Assembly (NCBI GenBank): GCA_016748015.1
Contig: JAAOMT010000570.1
Location: 500,043 to 564,042 of the forward strand
Direction of reading: 5' to 3'
DNA: 64,000 nucleotides
Source of the DNA: Geosiphon pyriformis uo1
Lineage: Eukaryota > Fungi > Glomeromycota
The notes beneath the pieces are model-generated. The model saw only the letters and a program-made list of their open reading frames with translations. It was not told the DNA's origin and searched no databases. Shown one piece after another: positions 37,132 through 51,297 of this stretch. Within the stretch, counting starts at the first letter, position 1. Every line of letters begins with the position of its first letter. The position numbers were made by a program, and so were the translations under genes.

Positions 37132-40100
37132 TTTCTCTTGTTGATTTCCCAGTCACAACGAGAGTGAGATTTTGTCAAAGAAAAAGTTTCCCTTACTCTT
37201 TATTCTCTTCATATTTTAATTATTTCTTCAAACATACCTTTATTTGTGAACATGGAACCAGTAAGTCATGTTGCTGGTGGCTTTAGATCTACTTTTGCTG
37301 GTTTGAGGAACCAGCTTGATACAAAGAAGAAAAGGATGAATAGTGTATACTCTTACAGTGCATTTTACAAGAAGCCTAGAAATCCTAAGGTCAGCATCAG
37401 TGTGGTTGATTTGTCTGCTGGTCTGTTGGGCCTGGCCAATATTGGTAACATTGACAGTAAGTTTTCGAAATCTTGGGGCAGTAAAATGGAAAGCAAAGTG
37501 AGTAGCATAGGTGGCCTGTCAGACTTGGAGAACATGAAGAATACTGTCACTGAAAAAACTAGTTATGCTGACTCAGACAATTTTGTGATCAATAACATGG
37601 AGGATGATATCACACCCAGAAAAATGCACACTCGCACATATGTGCTAGGTCTATCTCCAAAAACTCTTTCATTTGACATTTTAAGTAGTAATAAGGATAT
37701 GGTAGCTCTCCCACCTCCTAAGTTTAAAAGTTCTAATCAGCTGCCAAGTATCAAGTCACATGTTTTGGATAAAAGAAACTTTGAACCAGTAAAATCTTTT
37801 GCACTAGACATTGAGCTTTCAGCTGTTCCAGAAAAATCTGTTAGTGACAAATTGATTGCAATAAAAAAATCTTTTATTGAGTTGATGGTTTTGGGGGGGC
37901 ATTAACTCCCTCAAAATTTCCAAGGATTGTCAGAACTTTATTTACTTCTGAGTTTAGTATGAATAAGACAAAAGAATTGGCAATCTGTAAAAAAATTATT
38001 GTTAATAATGATTTAAGAAAGGTAAACAGCCGTTCGAATTGGAAGATAATTATTAAGGAGATTCCAGTTAATCTTCCCAGATCAGCAATTGAATCAGTTT
38101 TTGCTAAGTTTGGTAAGATTGTGTTGATCAAGATACAATTGATTGGTTTGTGGTAGAAAGCTTTGGTTGAGTTTGAATCATCAGAGGTGGCTAGTTCAGT
38201 TGCTTCTAAATGGTCTGTTCTCATGAAAAAAAATTCTATGTGAGTAGCATTGGCTGTTGAAAATAAACAATCTTGGGTGTTCAGGGATCAGCATAGAGCT
38301 TTGCTCTATACTTTGCCAGTTGACACTACTGCTCATGATTTGTCTGGTTTACTTGATTCATATGATAAGAAAATCTGTTTTATTGGTTGCAATCTTAGCT
38401 CTTATGTCTATAACAGATGTGGTGTGATTTGTTTTGCTGATGAAACATTCAAGTTGACTGCAATTAAATCTGTTCCAGTTTTTAAGGGTACAAGTTTAAG
38501 ATGGGCTGGTCTTTCTCTGGCTTGTTGTGCCAAATGTAAACAATTTGGTCACATTTCTGATGTGTGTTTGTCTGGTGGAATTTCTGAGATTTGTGGGAAG
38601 CAAGTGGTGACTGATCAAGATCGGGTCTGTTTGGCTGGTATTTATAAGAAAAAACATGCTCCCATTGCACATCTAGTTTCTTTTAGTGGTAAAACTTGGG
38701 TTCAAGTAGCTGGTGGTTTCTTTTCTCATGTTGCTTTCTTGGTTTCTTTTAATGCTACCCCATCCTTTGCTGTTGAGAACTCTCTATTTGCTCTTGCTCT
38801 GCCTGGTACCCAAGACTTGTATGGTCATTTGGTTTCTCTGAAATGCTCTTTAGAACTTTTGGCTAACCAAGTTTCTGGTATTTTGGTGAAATTGGGTTCC
38901 TTGGGATTGGTGTCTTTGGCAGCTGCATCTGGTGTTTCTTCTCCTGAGGTTCCTATGACTGTGGCTCCTGGTTTGGATTTGAATATGGTTTTGGATGGTG
39001 AATCAACAGTTTCCACCCCTTCTCCTTTGGTTGTTAATAATACAGCTACCACTATAAGTCCAAGTAGTTCTAAGGTTTTGACTACCAAAGTCGGTAGTTT
39101 GGAATCCAAAATGATGGCTTTAGAAGTTTTGGTTGAGTCTGTTTTAGAAAAACTGGACTATTTGTGCTCAGATTTGGGTTTGTCGGCTGCCTTTACTTCT
39201 CAATAAGTGTTTTAGTTTGGAAAATTGTCATGTGCAATATAAGGGGCATGAACAATCTTATGAAACAGAATGATATAATTTGTTGGCATAAGAAGTTAAA
39301 TAATTTGATTTCTATTGTTATTGAGACCAAGTTAAAGAGTAAAATTCACCCATGGATCATAAATAAGTTTGATAGTTTCCGAATGTTTACCTCTGGGTTG
39401 GATTCTGGTCATATGGACTCTAGTGTTGTGATTGTCATGAACATTTCTTTGATGAGACATGTGTGCAAAATTTCTGAGGTGCCTGGTCAACTCCTGTCTA
39501 TTAAGCTGCTTTTCAAGAATAAACTTTCTGTGTCAATTTTGGGGCTTTATACTGGTGCTTCTTCAGTGACTTGGTTCTCTTAGGCTGGTGAAATCAACTC
39601 TCTCATTGCTAAGGCTGTTAATGAATCTTCTTTTGTTGTTTTGGGTGGTGATTTTAATGAGAACAGTTTGTGTAAGAGTGCGAGTTTTAAAAGATGTCTA
39701 GACTTGGGGCTAATCAACTCTTTGTCAGGTAGCCCAGTAGTAAAAAGTCCTATGTGAGAAAATTTGAAGAGTGTAAAAAAAACAATTGATTTCGTGTTAG
39801 TTTTGTCTAATTTGGTTAATGCAGTAGTGGATCACAATGTTGTGGATGTGAGTGAACATTTCAACACTAATCATTAGGCAGTTTCTGTTTCTGTGGGCCT
39901 GGGCAGTCTGCTGGATACTCAATTGAACTCCCTTCATAGACAGGCTAATAGAAATTGTTGGAAGTTTGATTTCAGGAGTGCTAACAACAGTAAATAGAAA
40001 AATTTTAAAGATGCCACTTCAGCCAATGCTGAAATGTTTGCCAATGAGTTTGCTACTACTGTACAACTCTCAGATTTGGATGTTATGTAGAATGTTTTGT

Positions 40101-43100
40101 ACAAGATAATGACTCTTTCAACACATGAGATATTTAGAAAGAAATGGTTCAAGAATTTTGATGGGATTTTTACCAGAGATTCTTTGAGGTTTTATAAGCT
40201 GAAGTTGCTGGTGTCTAAGCTGGTTAAGGCTTCTTACTTAGTCACTAGTGTGGAATTTGCTTCATTGTTGGATATATGATGTAGACTTGATGCTAATAGT
40301 GCATTAGTGATAAAGTTTTTATTTCTTTCAGGTTCCAATTTTGACATGATTAGCTTGGCTCTGGCTAAAATAAAGAAATCTTACTGTTCTTCTAAGTTGC
40401 TGGAATCTAGGCATGCTGAGGAAGCATGTGTCAAGGCAGCTATTAATAAGAGAATGAGAAGTTTTGAATCAGACAAGGGTCATATCATCAGGAGTGTTTT
40501 GGAGTGCTCTTTTCACAAAGTGGTATTGGATTATCTGGTAGTAAGTGACAAATTGGTATTGGAGCCAAGCCTGGTTAAATCTAGAGTGGATGAGATTATG
40601 AAAGGTACAGGGTGATGCCTGACATCTCAGATGAATGGTTCTGCCAATACTGGCCTCTGGAGAATGTTTTCAATGATGCTTTTTCTGACATGATGTGTCC
40701 TGTTGGTGTTGATGATTTGCTTGGTGTGGTTTCTAATCTTCTTGAGGGTAAAGCTGCTGATTTCTCTGGGATTTTAAATGAACTCTGGAAACATTGCGAT
40801 AAATCAGTTTTGGATATGCTTTTGGTGCTTTTGAATTCTTGTTTGATCCATGAATTAATACCTGGTGCTTGGAAAGAAGCTTGGGTCTTAATGATTCCTA
40901 AGCCATATAAATAGGATGGAGTTCTCATGAACACCCAATCTATTGCCTTGATTGAAACTGCCCACAAAATTCTTTCCAAAATTCTCTCAGATAGGATTTT
41001 GTCAGCATATAGTACTTTTGATGTTTTGCATGAGAACAATTTTTTGGTCCTAAAGGGTATGATGATGCAGTCACCCATTTTTGCCATTGGTTTAGTGGTT
41101 AAAGATGCTTTAAAGAAAGATCGTGAACTCTGGTTGGTTTTGCAGAACATGCAGAAGGTTTATGATTTTGTTGGGTGTAAGCATTTTTGAAACAGTTTGG
41201 TTAGAATAAAGATGTGTAGCAGGTTTATTAGGTTTTTTGGTGGTATTCATAATAATTGCATTGTTATCAGATGAAATTAGAGATATTGTTTAGCATGAAA
41301 TTACCCTTATAAATCTTATCATTAATTAGCATATATTATTATTTCAAATTATCACTTATTACATTAGCAAAATGTCTGAAATTATTATTTAATTAATAAC
41401 CCAATTTGTACATAACACAAATGTAACCTAAGTGTAATGATCAATTATGCAATACCCTGAAATATGTAACATTCAAAAGTTCGCCGAAATTTGTAGAAAT
41501 TTGTAGAAATAATTGATAGTTTACCAAAATATCTAATAGTTCGTAGAAATAACTTGTAATTTGCTGAAATGTATCTTTAGTTCAGCGAAATTGTAGAAAA
41601 AAGCAAAGTTCAAGTTCATAAAATAGTGTTATGACAAGTTGTATAAAAGAAGAGCTTTTCTCTTCGAGAAAATGTATCTTACTTTAGATTTATTACTTAG
41701 AACCATTCCTATACACACAAAAAAAAATAAATATCAAATAATTCAAAAAACCAAATTCTTTAATTATTGCACTTAGAAAATTCTCAAAACCCAACTAACA
41801 TTTTGAAATTGATTAGCTACCAATTTCAGTAAACTGTTAGTGACTCCAGGCCTAGATAAAAAACGTTCTCTTGATAAAAACCTATTTTTTTAATATTTCT
41901 TTTATTTTTATTTTTATTTTCTTATTACAATTATTAGGGTAGTCTACAGACAAGATTCCTGTAGAAAAGTTGACTTTCACAACAAAGTAACTACACATTT
42001 TTAGTGAGCTTCCAGATGAGCAATTCCTGGGAAAGAGTTGATGTTTACTACAATGTAACTACACACATAACTGGCATGGAATTGGTCATTCCACTTATAA
42101 GCCCAACCGTTCAAATTATAAGAGATAATTTGAAGATAAAATTCAGTTATTGGAGGTTCAAACACTTCCCATAGTCATAAGTTAACAGCACTACAACAAA
42201 CATACAAGAGCTAAGAAGAAACCAAAAACCTCTGATAACAGTATTAATAAGGTTATAACAGATTTTGGTTTGACAGATGAATACAGAGTGCACAATAGCT
42301 TGGACCAAAAGGAGGTGTTTTTACTATTTCTTTGGCACATATTTTATGATCCTTTTCTGTGTAAGATCAAGAAACAAACAGATGAGTGTGGATATAGATT
42401 GAATTCTTACTTTATTTTTGGATGTGGTCATGCCAAATCTTGGGCTGGTCTTTCCTCTTTTTTTATCATGAATGTTTTTGTTAATGATACTATATGGGTT
42501 GGCAGTAGTCGAAGTGTCACACAGCACATTCTCAATATTGCTAGTGAATTTTTTGATATCAATGATATTTCAATTAATAATGATAAGACTGTAGCCATTC
42601 CCATCAATTGCAAAGTTGCAGATCCTTTTCTGTTGATCAGTGGGTTACTTATTTTTATTGCCAAGAGAGGGAAATCACATTGCTATTTAGGGATCTATTT
42701 GTTGACTGAGGGTCTTTCCAAACCTAGCTTGGCCAAAGCACATTTTAATGTCCAGTTTTTTGCTAATCTGGTCCTCAAGAAGGCAGTATCTAATAAGCAG
42801 TTTTCATATTTGGTTTTGGCAGTCCTCTTTCTTATTATTGGTTATAGAACACAATTCAGTTATGTTCTTGTCAGTGTTTGTGAAAAGTGGGACATTCTGA
42901 TTCATAAAGGCTTAAAATCTAAGTCTGGCCTGTCATGTGACTTCTCTAGTAATGCAATTTATCATCCTTTTCTGTATAGTTTGAAGACTTTTGAACAGAT
43001 TCAGACTACGAATAAGTCAGCTTCAGTCATTTTTTTTGCGAACTCTGTTGGTATTTTGGGTTGTCTATTCTCTCACCAGTCACATGATCTTTAGGTTCTC

Positions 43101-45001
43101 TGCTGGCATCCATTTTATCTTTTGTAGTATCCAGTTTGTGTTAAGATCAACCCTTTAAATAATTTTCTGGCTGGTATGGTGTGCATTTTCTTTGAAAGTG
43201 ATTTGTCCTTGGGTGGCTTTTTGACCAATGCTTTTTATCATCAAAGTAGAATCTCTATGTTTTGTGTTCTTGGTAAATCAACCTATTTTAGGTGTGTTTC
43301 TTTGCTTCAGCATTATGGAATTGCTTTCATGGACCAGCTGCTTGACTGAAGTGGGGATATTTTTGATTAAAAAACTTTCAAATGGTGGAAGCAATTAAAC
43401 CTGTGTGGTCCAGTTCCTGTCTGATTTGAGCTTTCTGTTCGATTTCTTGGTGGTACGTCCTCTTTTTCTGTCTATTTCTCATCTTTGGATAATGGCGGCT
43501 CTTCAAATATTCTTCATTTTTGTGGGTTTAGTGCTATTAGTGCCAATTTGTTGTGTTCTGATATTGGTCACTTTTCTGTCTATATGGATGGATTTTTAAG
43601 TAGCTTGGAGTTGGTTGATATGAAAACTGGGGCTGCTGTTTTTTTTGATAACATTGGTATGAGTTTGGGTATGGGAGTTTCTGGTTTGATGTCTTCTACC
43701 TTAACAGAGTTGTAGGCCATTGCTTTAGCTCTTGAGTGTGTCCCTCCTTCTTGCTCAATCAACTTGTTTTCAGACAGTCAAGCAGCTTTGGATGCTTGCA
43801 AGTTGGAGTTGAATTTGGTTTATCTGGATTTCAGAAATTGGTATTGGATTAAACATTACCACATTATGAACATCATTCATCATAAGAATTTGAATGTTAA
43901 TTGGTGTAAGGTCAAAGGTCATTTGGGTGTTTCGGGCAATAAGCATGCAGATAAGTTGGCCAGAGCTGTGGCTCTTTCTAGTTGGAATTTGCTTTATTTT
44001 ATCAGTAAACACTATCTTAGGGTTGGTGGTGCTGCCATTTCTGGTAATTCTAAGCATTTTGTTTGGAATGTTTTTCAGTCAGTTTATTGTACACATTGGG
44101 AAATTGGTTCTGGTTTATGGATGGTGATGGATAGTCTGTGTGTGGATATTGATTGGTTCAGATCATTGCTGGTATGGCATCCAGACTCTTACATGGCTGT
44201 TGGCTTCACTAGCAAGTGGACTGCTGGTTTCTGGACATATTTTATGAAGGCATTGCACCTTTGGCTTCCTGTTGTCATGCATAAATAGCTTTATGATAAG
44301 AATTACCCTAGTGTGGTATGTTTGTTTTATGGTGATGTCAAAGTCTTAGACCATGCTTTTTCTTGTTTGTTTGATGCCAATGATCGTGCTTATTTGTTGG
44401 ACTCTCATGCATCAGCTTGGGAAGTGCAATCTGGTCTGGGTCATTCTTCCTCAGTTGTTTCACAGCTGTTGTTTACTTGTTTGTTTGACGTTTTGGTCAG
44501 CACTGTTTTGTGCAAGTGTTTCGTTTTCAAGAATTGGTTTCATGAGTCTGTTTCTGTTTTCAAGGACTCCAAAGTAGTAAGTCAGACCATTGTGGCCTTT
44601 GTGTGTGAGTTTAGTCATGCTTTTTGGGAGGACATTTGATTGGTTCATGCCAAGCATCATGCTTTTATGGAAAAAAATGGACTTATTCCACATGATAGAT
44701 CTGTTCCTATCTCAATTTCTGGGCTTCCTTCAGTGCTGTTGACAAACATGATTGGATTGCTGGGTATTGCTGAGGCTATTGGTGTTGGTTTTGGTTTTCA
44801 TAAGTCTTGTTTGTTCTTTTTAGGCATAAGTGGTAAAGTTTCTGTTCATATAAGTGTATAGTGTTGTCCTGATTGGTCTGAGTGGCTGGTTACGTGTAGA
44901 AAGTGCATAATTCACACCTAGTTTAGATCATTTGTATGATGTATTGTACTAAGCAGTGTTTGGACTTTACTCGTTAAATAAAAAAATAAAATAAAAAAAA
45001 A
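37132..45001 (+). mobile_element. LINE copy 2 (same family as copy 1), RT interrupted by a 979-bp insertion; ends approximate
   Basis: Colinear with 9834-16692 from the 5' UTR (GAGATTTTGTCAAAGAAAAAG) to the A-rich tail; ORF1 37246-39206, ORF2 39203-44861. Confidence 0.93.
41262..42240. mobile_element. Probable solo LTR of a third family (C) inserted in LINE copy 2
   Basis: Perfect 10-bp terminal inverted repeat TGTTATCAGA/TCTGATAACA; TSD GCAT/GTAT; copy 1 has the empty site AATAATTGCATTAATAGG; TATAAAA at ~41642; no long ORF. Confidence 0.85.
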
Positions 45002-45913
45002 CATTTAAAATAAAATTTTTATTATTAAAAAAAATAACAAAATAATATTGAAAATTAAATTAATATAGTAAAATTATTAATAAAACATACTTGTATTTAT
45101 TTATTAATTAACTTCTTTTAAAAAATAATTATTGATTAAATTTATTTATATAATTATTAATTAATCAAAATCTTATTGTTAAAATTAAGAAAAATATTTT
45201 AAACAATTACAAAAATAGCTTTAAAAAAAACTTTAATAACAATAAATAAATTTTAGATTAATTTCTAAAAAATATACATAAAACACAATAATAATTAGAA
45301 TTTAAAAAAAGTCTGTATTATAGTATTAACAAAAAAATTTTATTATAAAATATTATAATTAAAATTAAAAAACTTACAAGAAATTAATTATAATTAAACT
45401 AAAAATAGTAATAATTAATATACCAAAAAAACAAAATTTTAATAAAATTTAAAAGATTTTTTAATCTAATTAAAACCAAAACAACTTTGTAATTTGTATT
45501 AAAAAAATCAATTATATTTATAAATTTTTAACTAATTACAATATTAACAAAAAAACTAATATTAAAATATAGTTAATTGTTTTTTAATTTTTCTTAAATT
45601 ATTTTATGTTGTTATTTTAATTATAAAAATATCTAGCTAAATTTAAATCCAAACTTTTTTTAAAATAATATTTTTTTTAGAACTGTTTTTATTGAAATTA
45701 TCTTTTAAAACAATAAAAAAACTCTTATTAATAGCTTAAATTATCAAAAAATTTATAATAATAGCTTAAACAAGCTTAGTTTTAAAAAAAAACAAACATA
45801 ATTACTCAAAATTGAGATCAAAAGTTTATTTCTAAAAAATAATTTAAATAATAAAAATTTACCAATTATTTTAATAATTTTATATACATGTTTAATCAAA
45901 CTAATATTTATAA

Positions 45914-48900
45914 TTTTTTTATTAGATATTTAATAAGTATCATTCAATTATTATCTAAAAGGTAGGAACAAACTAAGTGTTTTAGTACTAAATAAGATTT
46001 ATGTATTTTCTATATGTAACCAATTACTTAAACCAGTTTAAGCTATACTATAATAATAGAACAAAAAAACTTATTCTAAAAAAAATTTTTTTTTTTATAT
46101 TAAACAAAATAATATTACTAAGAACCAATCCAACCAGCCATTCAACTGTTTTAAAAAATTAGTTTTAACATTAATAGATTTATAAACCCAAAGTAATATC
46201 AAATTAAAAAACATATTATTAACAATAACAACTTAATTTACCAAACTACCAAACATGTTAATATTGTTTATACAATATTTTTTTTAATAAAACTATTTTT
46301 CTTTTCAACTTATTAACAACTTTGCTAAAGACATCCAAATATACTATAAGTTTATTAACTCTAAGACTAAAAATACTGCTTAAAACAAGATTACTTTTAA
46401 TAAATTGTTTAAATACAATTACTAAAGAACCAATAGGTTTAATAATAGATCCAACTAAAATAGTTAACTTGGCCAAATTAAACTTTAAAAAAGCCAACCA
46501 AAATGAAACTAAAAAATTATTAATAGCCACAAAAAAAAGCCAGAATTATCAAAAAAAAAATCAAGAAAGTTTACAAAAGCAAAAATTTTAGTATAAGACT
46601 TAATACTGTTATAGATGATTATTTGAGATGTTAGAATAAATAACAAATCTGTAACTTGGTACTTAATAACTGAAAATATTCGTAATTTTTGAAAGTTTTG
46701 GTTGAGTTTTTTGTATAATAAACAAAAATTTAATTGATAGTTTCTTTTGTGAATTTTTTTTTAGCATAATGGCCAGTTTATTTTGGCAGTTGTATCCTTC
46801 TGATAAGCTATTCTTAAGTTTTTTACTCTTGTTTCTAGGTTTTTTACCAGACTATCCTTGATATTAATTACTTAGCACTTAATTTTTTTAATCAATTAAT
46901 AAACAACAAAAAAAATAAAATAAAAGAAAATAAAAAGAAAATAAGAAAAAAAATAAGAAATTGGTATTCTGTCAATAGTCATGATTAAGAGCTATTGGTT
47001 TAGTGTAGTTAAGTATTAGATTTTATCAATATAAAGTATTGATAGTATAGAATAAATTAATATTTCTTTAATTAAGTAATAATAACATAAATTCAGATAA
47101 TAATAGATGTTTTATTAATATAAGTATAATTCCATTTTAAATAATAGAAAACTATTTTTTGAAAAAAAGAATATTATTGTTCTGAATTAAATTGTCTGTT
47201 TTTTTTGCTTCTAACACTTTTACTATATATACATAATTTATGTTATACAAGATTCTTTGAAATCTTTTAATTCTTTTGAAAGAAATTTTGGAATTTTGGA
47301 ATCTTGCAATTCTTCAAAAAAAATTCTGAAATTTCTCTTTTTTATTATATTTATTTCTGATTGGCTATTTTATCTACTTATTATAATTCCTAATTTTTAT
47401 GAGTAATAATGCTCACAAAACAAAGTGTAAACATCTTGAAAATTTTGGAAGAAAGAGATAAAAATATTTTACAATTTATAGTCAAATAGTTTATCTTTTG
47501 ATACCAAAAATAGTGTTAACAATTAGAGATTTTTTACTAAATATAATACTTTCTTAGTATATCAATTTTAATTACTACAGCATCCAGATCTATCTGGAAA
47601 CCAAACATAACCAGGAATAACAATCAGAATTAGAGAAGCAAAAGATAAAATAAGACTAACCACCAATCTATAAAATTATATTATTGATTTTAAAGACAGT
47701 ACAGTTAGAAAAAAAAATCAATTAACTTGGTTTTAAACCTATTTTAAAACAAAATAATCTCATTTTAATTAACTAAAAAGAGAATTTTAACACTATTTTT
47801 GTTTATTAGAACTGACCAATAATTTAAAGTAAACACAACAATATTTAATTTTTTAAAATAAATAACCATATATTGTTAAATACTAGTAAATTTTAGCATA
47901 ACATGAATAATCTTATTAAATACATTAAATACTGTCTTAATATTAACAACAAACACACTTAAAAATATATTATACAACAAAAAAAAACCAGATTTAAAAA
48001 TTACTAAAGATTTGGCAATTTTAAAAGTGGCCAAATAAATAAAGTTTGTAAACTTGACTAAGAATACAGCTTTTAGAGACTTTTAAGAAACAAACTTTAT
48101 GCAAAAAAGCTTTATATTGTCTTTTAATACTGATTTTATATTCGGAATATTATGCACAAACTGAAAAACAACTTTAATATAAGCCAATTTGATTTTAAAG
48201 ATAGCACTAAGCATTAAAGTAGAGACTATCTATTTAATAAATCTTTGATAATTAGAGATAATTTTTTAAGTATTACTAACAGTAATATTAGAAGCCAGCA
48301 AAGAAAATGTTTTAGTTTTTATTTGATTAGTCTAATTTTCAAGAATAAACAATCTAATAAGAGACTATTGTTTTGTTTTTAAAACCAATAATGATTTGTT
48401 AAAAAATACTATATTTGGCAATACAGTCAGTAGTTGATCTTGGCCTATTTTGGATAATAAACCAAATAATATAATAGAGATTTCATCTAAAATTTTATTA
48501 AAAATTACAAAAAAGTTCAGTATAACAATAACAGAAGCTGTTTCTATTTTTTCAAATTTTTGGTCTTTTTGATTATTTTTTAAAAAGATAGTGCTAACAG
48601 CACCAGATATAGAAACTATGGTAAGAAAAACCAACTTGTGAATTAGTTTATTGTTAAATACTTTTAGGCTTTTTAAAAGAGTAAAGGCAATATTGAGATT
48701 AATTTAAGTGTATCTCTTTGAAAAAATTTTAACTGATAAAAAACTAGCTAAAAATGAAAAAGATGTTTTAGTAATTATTAAAGATAGTTTTTTATTATTA
48801 TTAATTAAAAAAAAGCTTTTAAGATGTTTTGCTTGGCTGTTTTTACAACAAAAAAAACTTTTTTAATTGAAACTTTGTAAAATATTAAAAAAAATATTAG
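45914..48900 (-). mobile_element. Heavily decayed ORF1-only LINE derivative (HAL1-like), split by a solo LTR; 5' end approximate
   Basis: Minus strand gives ORF1-like remnants (48365-48634; decayed knuckle region ~47480-47520; coiled-coil-like 46258-46530), followed directly by TAG and the LINE-type 3' tail (46050-45914). Confidence 0.6.
46607..47408 (-). mobile_element. Decayed solo LTR related to Gypsy B
   Basis: TGTTATAG... to ...TATGAGTAATA termini as in B LTRs; shared internal block CTGTCAATAGTCATGATTAAGAG; TSD ATAC/ATGC. Confidence 0.75.
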
Positions 48901-50620
48901 TTACAGCTTTTTTTACTCTTTGTTTTAATTATAATTATAAAATTAAAAAAACAAAATAGTTTTTTTTATATATAATTGTTATATTAATGTGTATATAATT
49001 AGAATTTAACCCAGATTTAAAAATCTTTATATTATTAAATTTATTTTTAATCTATAATTTAACTTGATTTTTTAACTTTGTTTTAATAATAATAAATATT
49101 AAATTGTCAAATTTTTTGTGTTATTTTATAATATTTTTTGTTTAATATAATTTTTTATTTTTTTTATATTATATATAACAATTTTCTAAATTAAACTAAT
49201 TTAAGAAATAAGTAAATTTAATTATTTTTAACATTATTATAATAATAAAACTTGAAAACTTAAAAATATTTATATTAAAACTATTAATTAAAAAATAAAA
49301 TATTTAGAAACATTAAAAATTACAAATAATATATCAACAATTTTCTTAAAATATTGTTTAAAATTATGTTAAAATTCAAAATTACAAAAAAAATTTATAA
49401 AAAAAAATTACAAAAGAAAACAAAGCATTTAAATTTTAAAATTTAAAAAAACTTAATTAAATAGAAGTTTTACATCTTTTTTTAATTTTTTTAATTTTAA
49501 AATTGTCATTAAAAAATATTATCAAAGAAAATTTCAAATAAAAATAGTATTTATTTATTATTACTATCAAATACTTAATTAAAAAACATTATTTAAGTCT
49601 AAAATTTGCTATTAAAAATAATTAATATAAAATAAAAACGTTTTTTTGGCATAAAAATTAGAAAGATAAAAATAGTTTATTTTAAAAAATCTTTTAAGTA
49701 AATTTTATAAAAAAATATAAAAATTATATTTTAGTATAAAGTGACCAAAATTTTCACAATTTTTATAATAAATTAAGTTTAATTTAATTCAAAAGAAATT
49801 AATTTTATTAAATACAAAAATAGTACAAAAAACCTAATCTAAAAACTAATTAAATTTAAAACAAACAATTATATATTTAATTTTAATATTAATAGCAAAT
49901 ATGTAATTAATAATACAAGTTTTTCTATTAATTTTTTAAAAAAAGTACTAAGATTATATACAGTTATATTTATAAACAAAATAAATAATAATGTTTTAAA
50001 ATAATTTTTTAACAACCCAAATTGTTTAATCTATATTGTTTTTGGCTATATATATTAAATTTTTATTAATTAAAATTAATTACTTAAAAACCAAAAAATT
50101 AGTCTAATTTAATTTAACAAATTTTATTATAGTTTTTTATTACAGTTTAATAAGATGTAATTAGATTAATATTAATTAACCAAACTTAAATAAAACTAAA
50201 ATAATTTTTTTTTTTACATATTGATAAAAAAATTTTGAATTATTATAGTTTAATCTAAATATTTTTTTGTTTTTTAAGATTGCTATTTACTTGAATTTTT
50301 TTATTAATAACTAAAAAAGCAATTTTATTTAGATTTTTTTTAGAAATAAATATTAATTAAATGATTTTTTTAAATTTTAAAAGAATAATAACTTTTTTAA
50401 ATTTATTTATTATTGTAAATAATTTTTAAATAACTAATACTTTTATTATAATGTTTTTTTTTACTATTAATAAATTAATATTTAAAACATAAAACTTTTT
50501 AATAGATATTTTAACTTTTTTTAATAAACTTAAAATTAATCCAAATTTTATTTAAAACAATAATATAAGAAAAAAAAAGTATTATTTTATTTTTTATATT
50601 ATAATTCAAAAATTTTATAA

Positions 50621-50708
50621 GCCATGCTTAATATAGGAACTTTTATGTTCTATAGTTTTAGGTAGTAGTTGGATCTTACTCATTAATTATTTAATAAATA
50701 AAAAAAAA
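50621..50708 (+). repeat. Orphan distal LINE 3' tail with A-rich end
   Basis: CCATGCTTAA...TTAGGTAGTAGTTGGATCTTACTCATTAA...AAAAAAAA resembles 57972-58045. Confidence 0.55.
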
Positions 50709-51297
50709 TTTAAAAAAAATTATTTATTTTAATATTAATTTTTTTTATTTTAAAAGTATTTGTCTTTAAATTAAGATAGACTTTATCTTTATTATATGTT
50801 TTATAATTATTATTAACTAATAAAATATTGTATAATTTTTTATTTAAATTAGTTTTTATGTTTAAAAATCTATTAATACCAACAAAAAATCTGCTTAAAA
50901 ATAGATTTTATTATTATTTAAATATTTAATATTATCAATCAAAATTTTTTGTTTTGAAAAAAAATATTATTACTGTTAAAAACAACTATTAGATTTATAA
51001 TAAAAGAATTAGTATCTTAAAAAATTGTAAAAAATATAATAAAACAAAAACTTTTTTAAAATATTGTTTTTTGAAAAAATTTAAATGTATAAAAAAAAAG
51101 TTTTTTTTAATATATTTATTCTTAATTTTAAAGTAAATTATAAAAAATTCGTAAAATTATTTGATAAATCTGTTTTAAAACTATTAATAAAAATAAAATA
51201 TTATTATTTAAGTTTAAAACTTATTACTAAAAATAATAAAATAAAAAATAAGAATATTTTTTAACATAAATATTAATAAATAGTTTAATTAGAATAA

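Noticed and set aside
44862-44910. Possible hammerhead ribozyme in the LINE tail (CTGAT...GAAA)
   Set aside because: Core reads CTGATTGG rather than CTGANGA, and I could not form stems I-III by eye; retained only as a generic structured RNA.
46322-46591. Plus-strand K/L/N-rich ORF, first read as a gag relic
   Set aside because: It is the antisense shadow of the minus-strand ORF1-like remnant.
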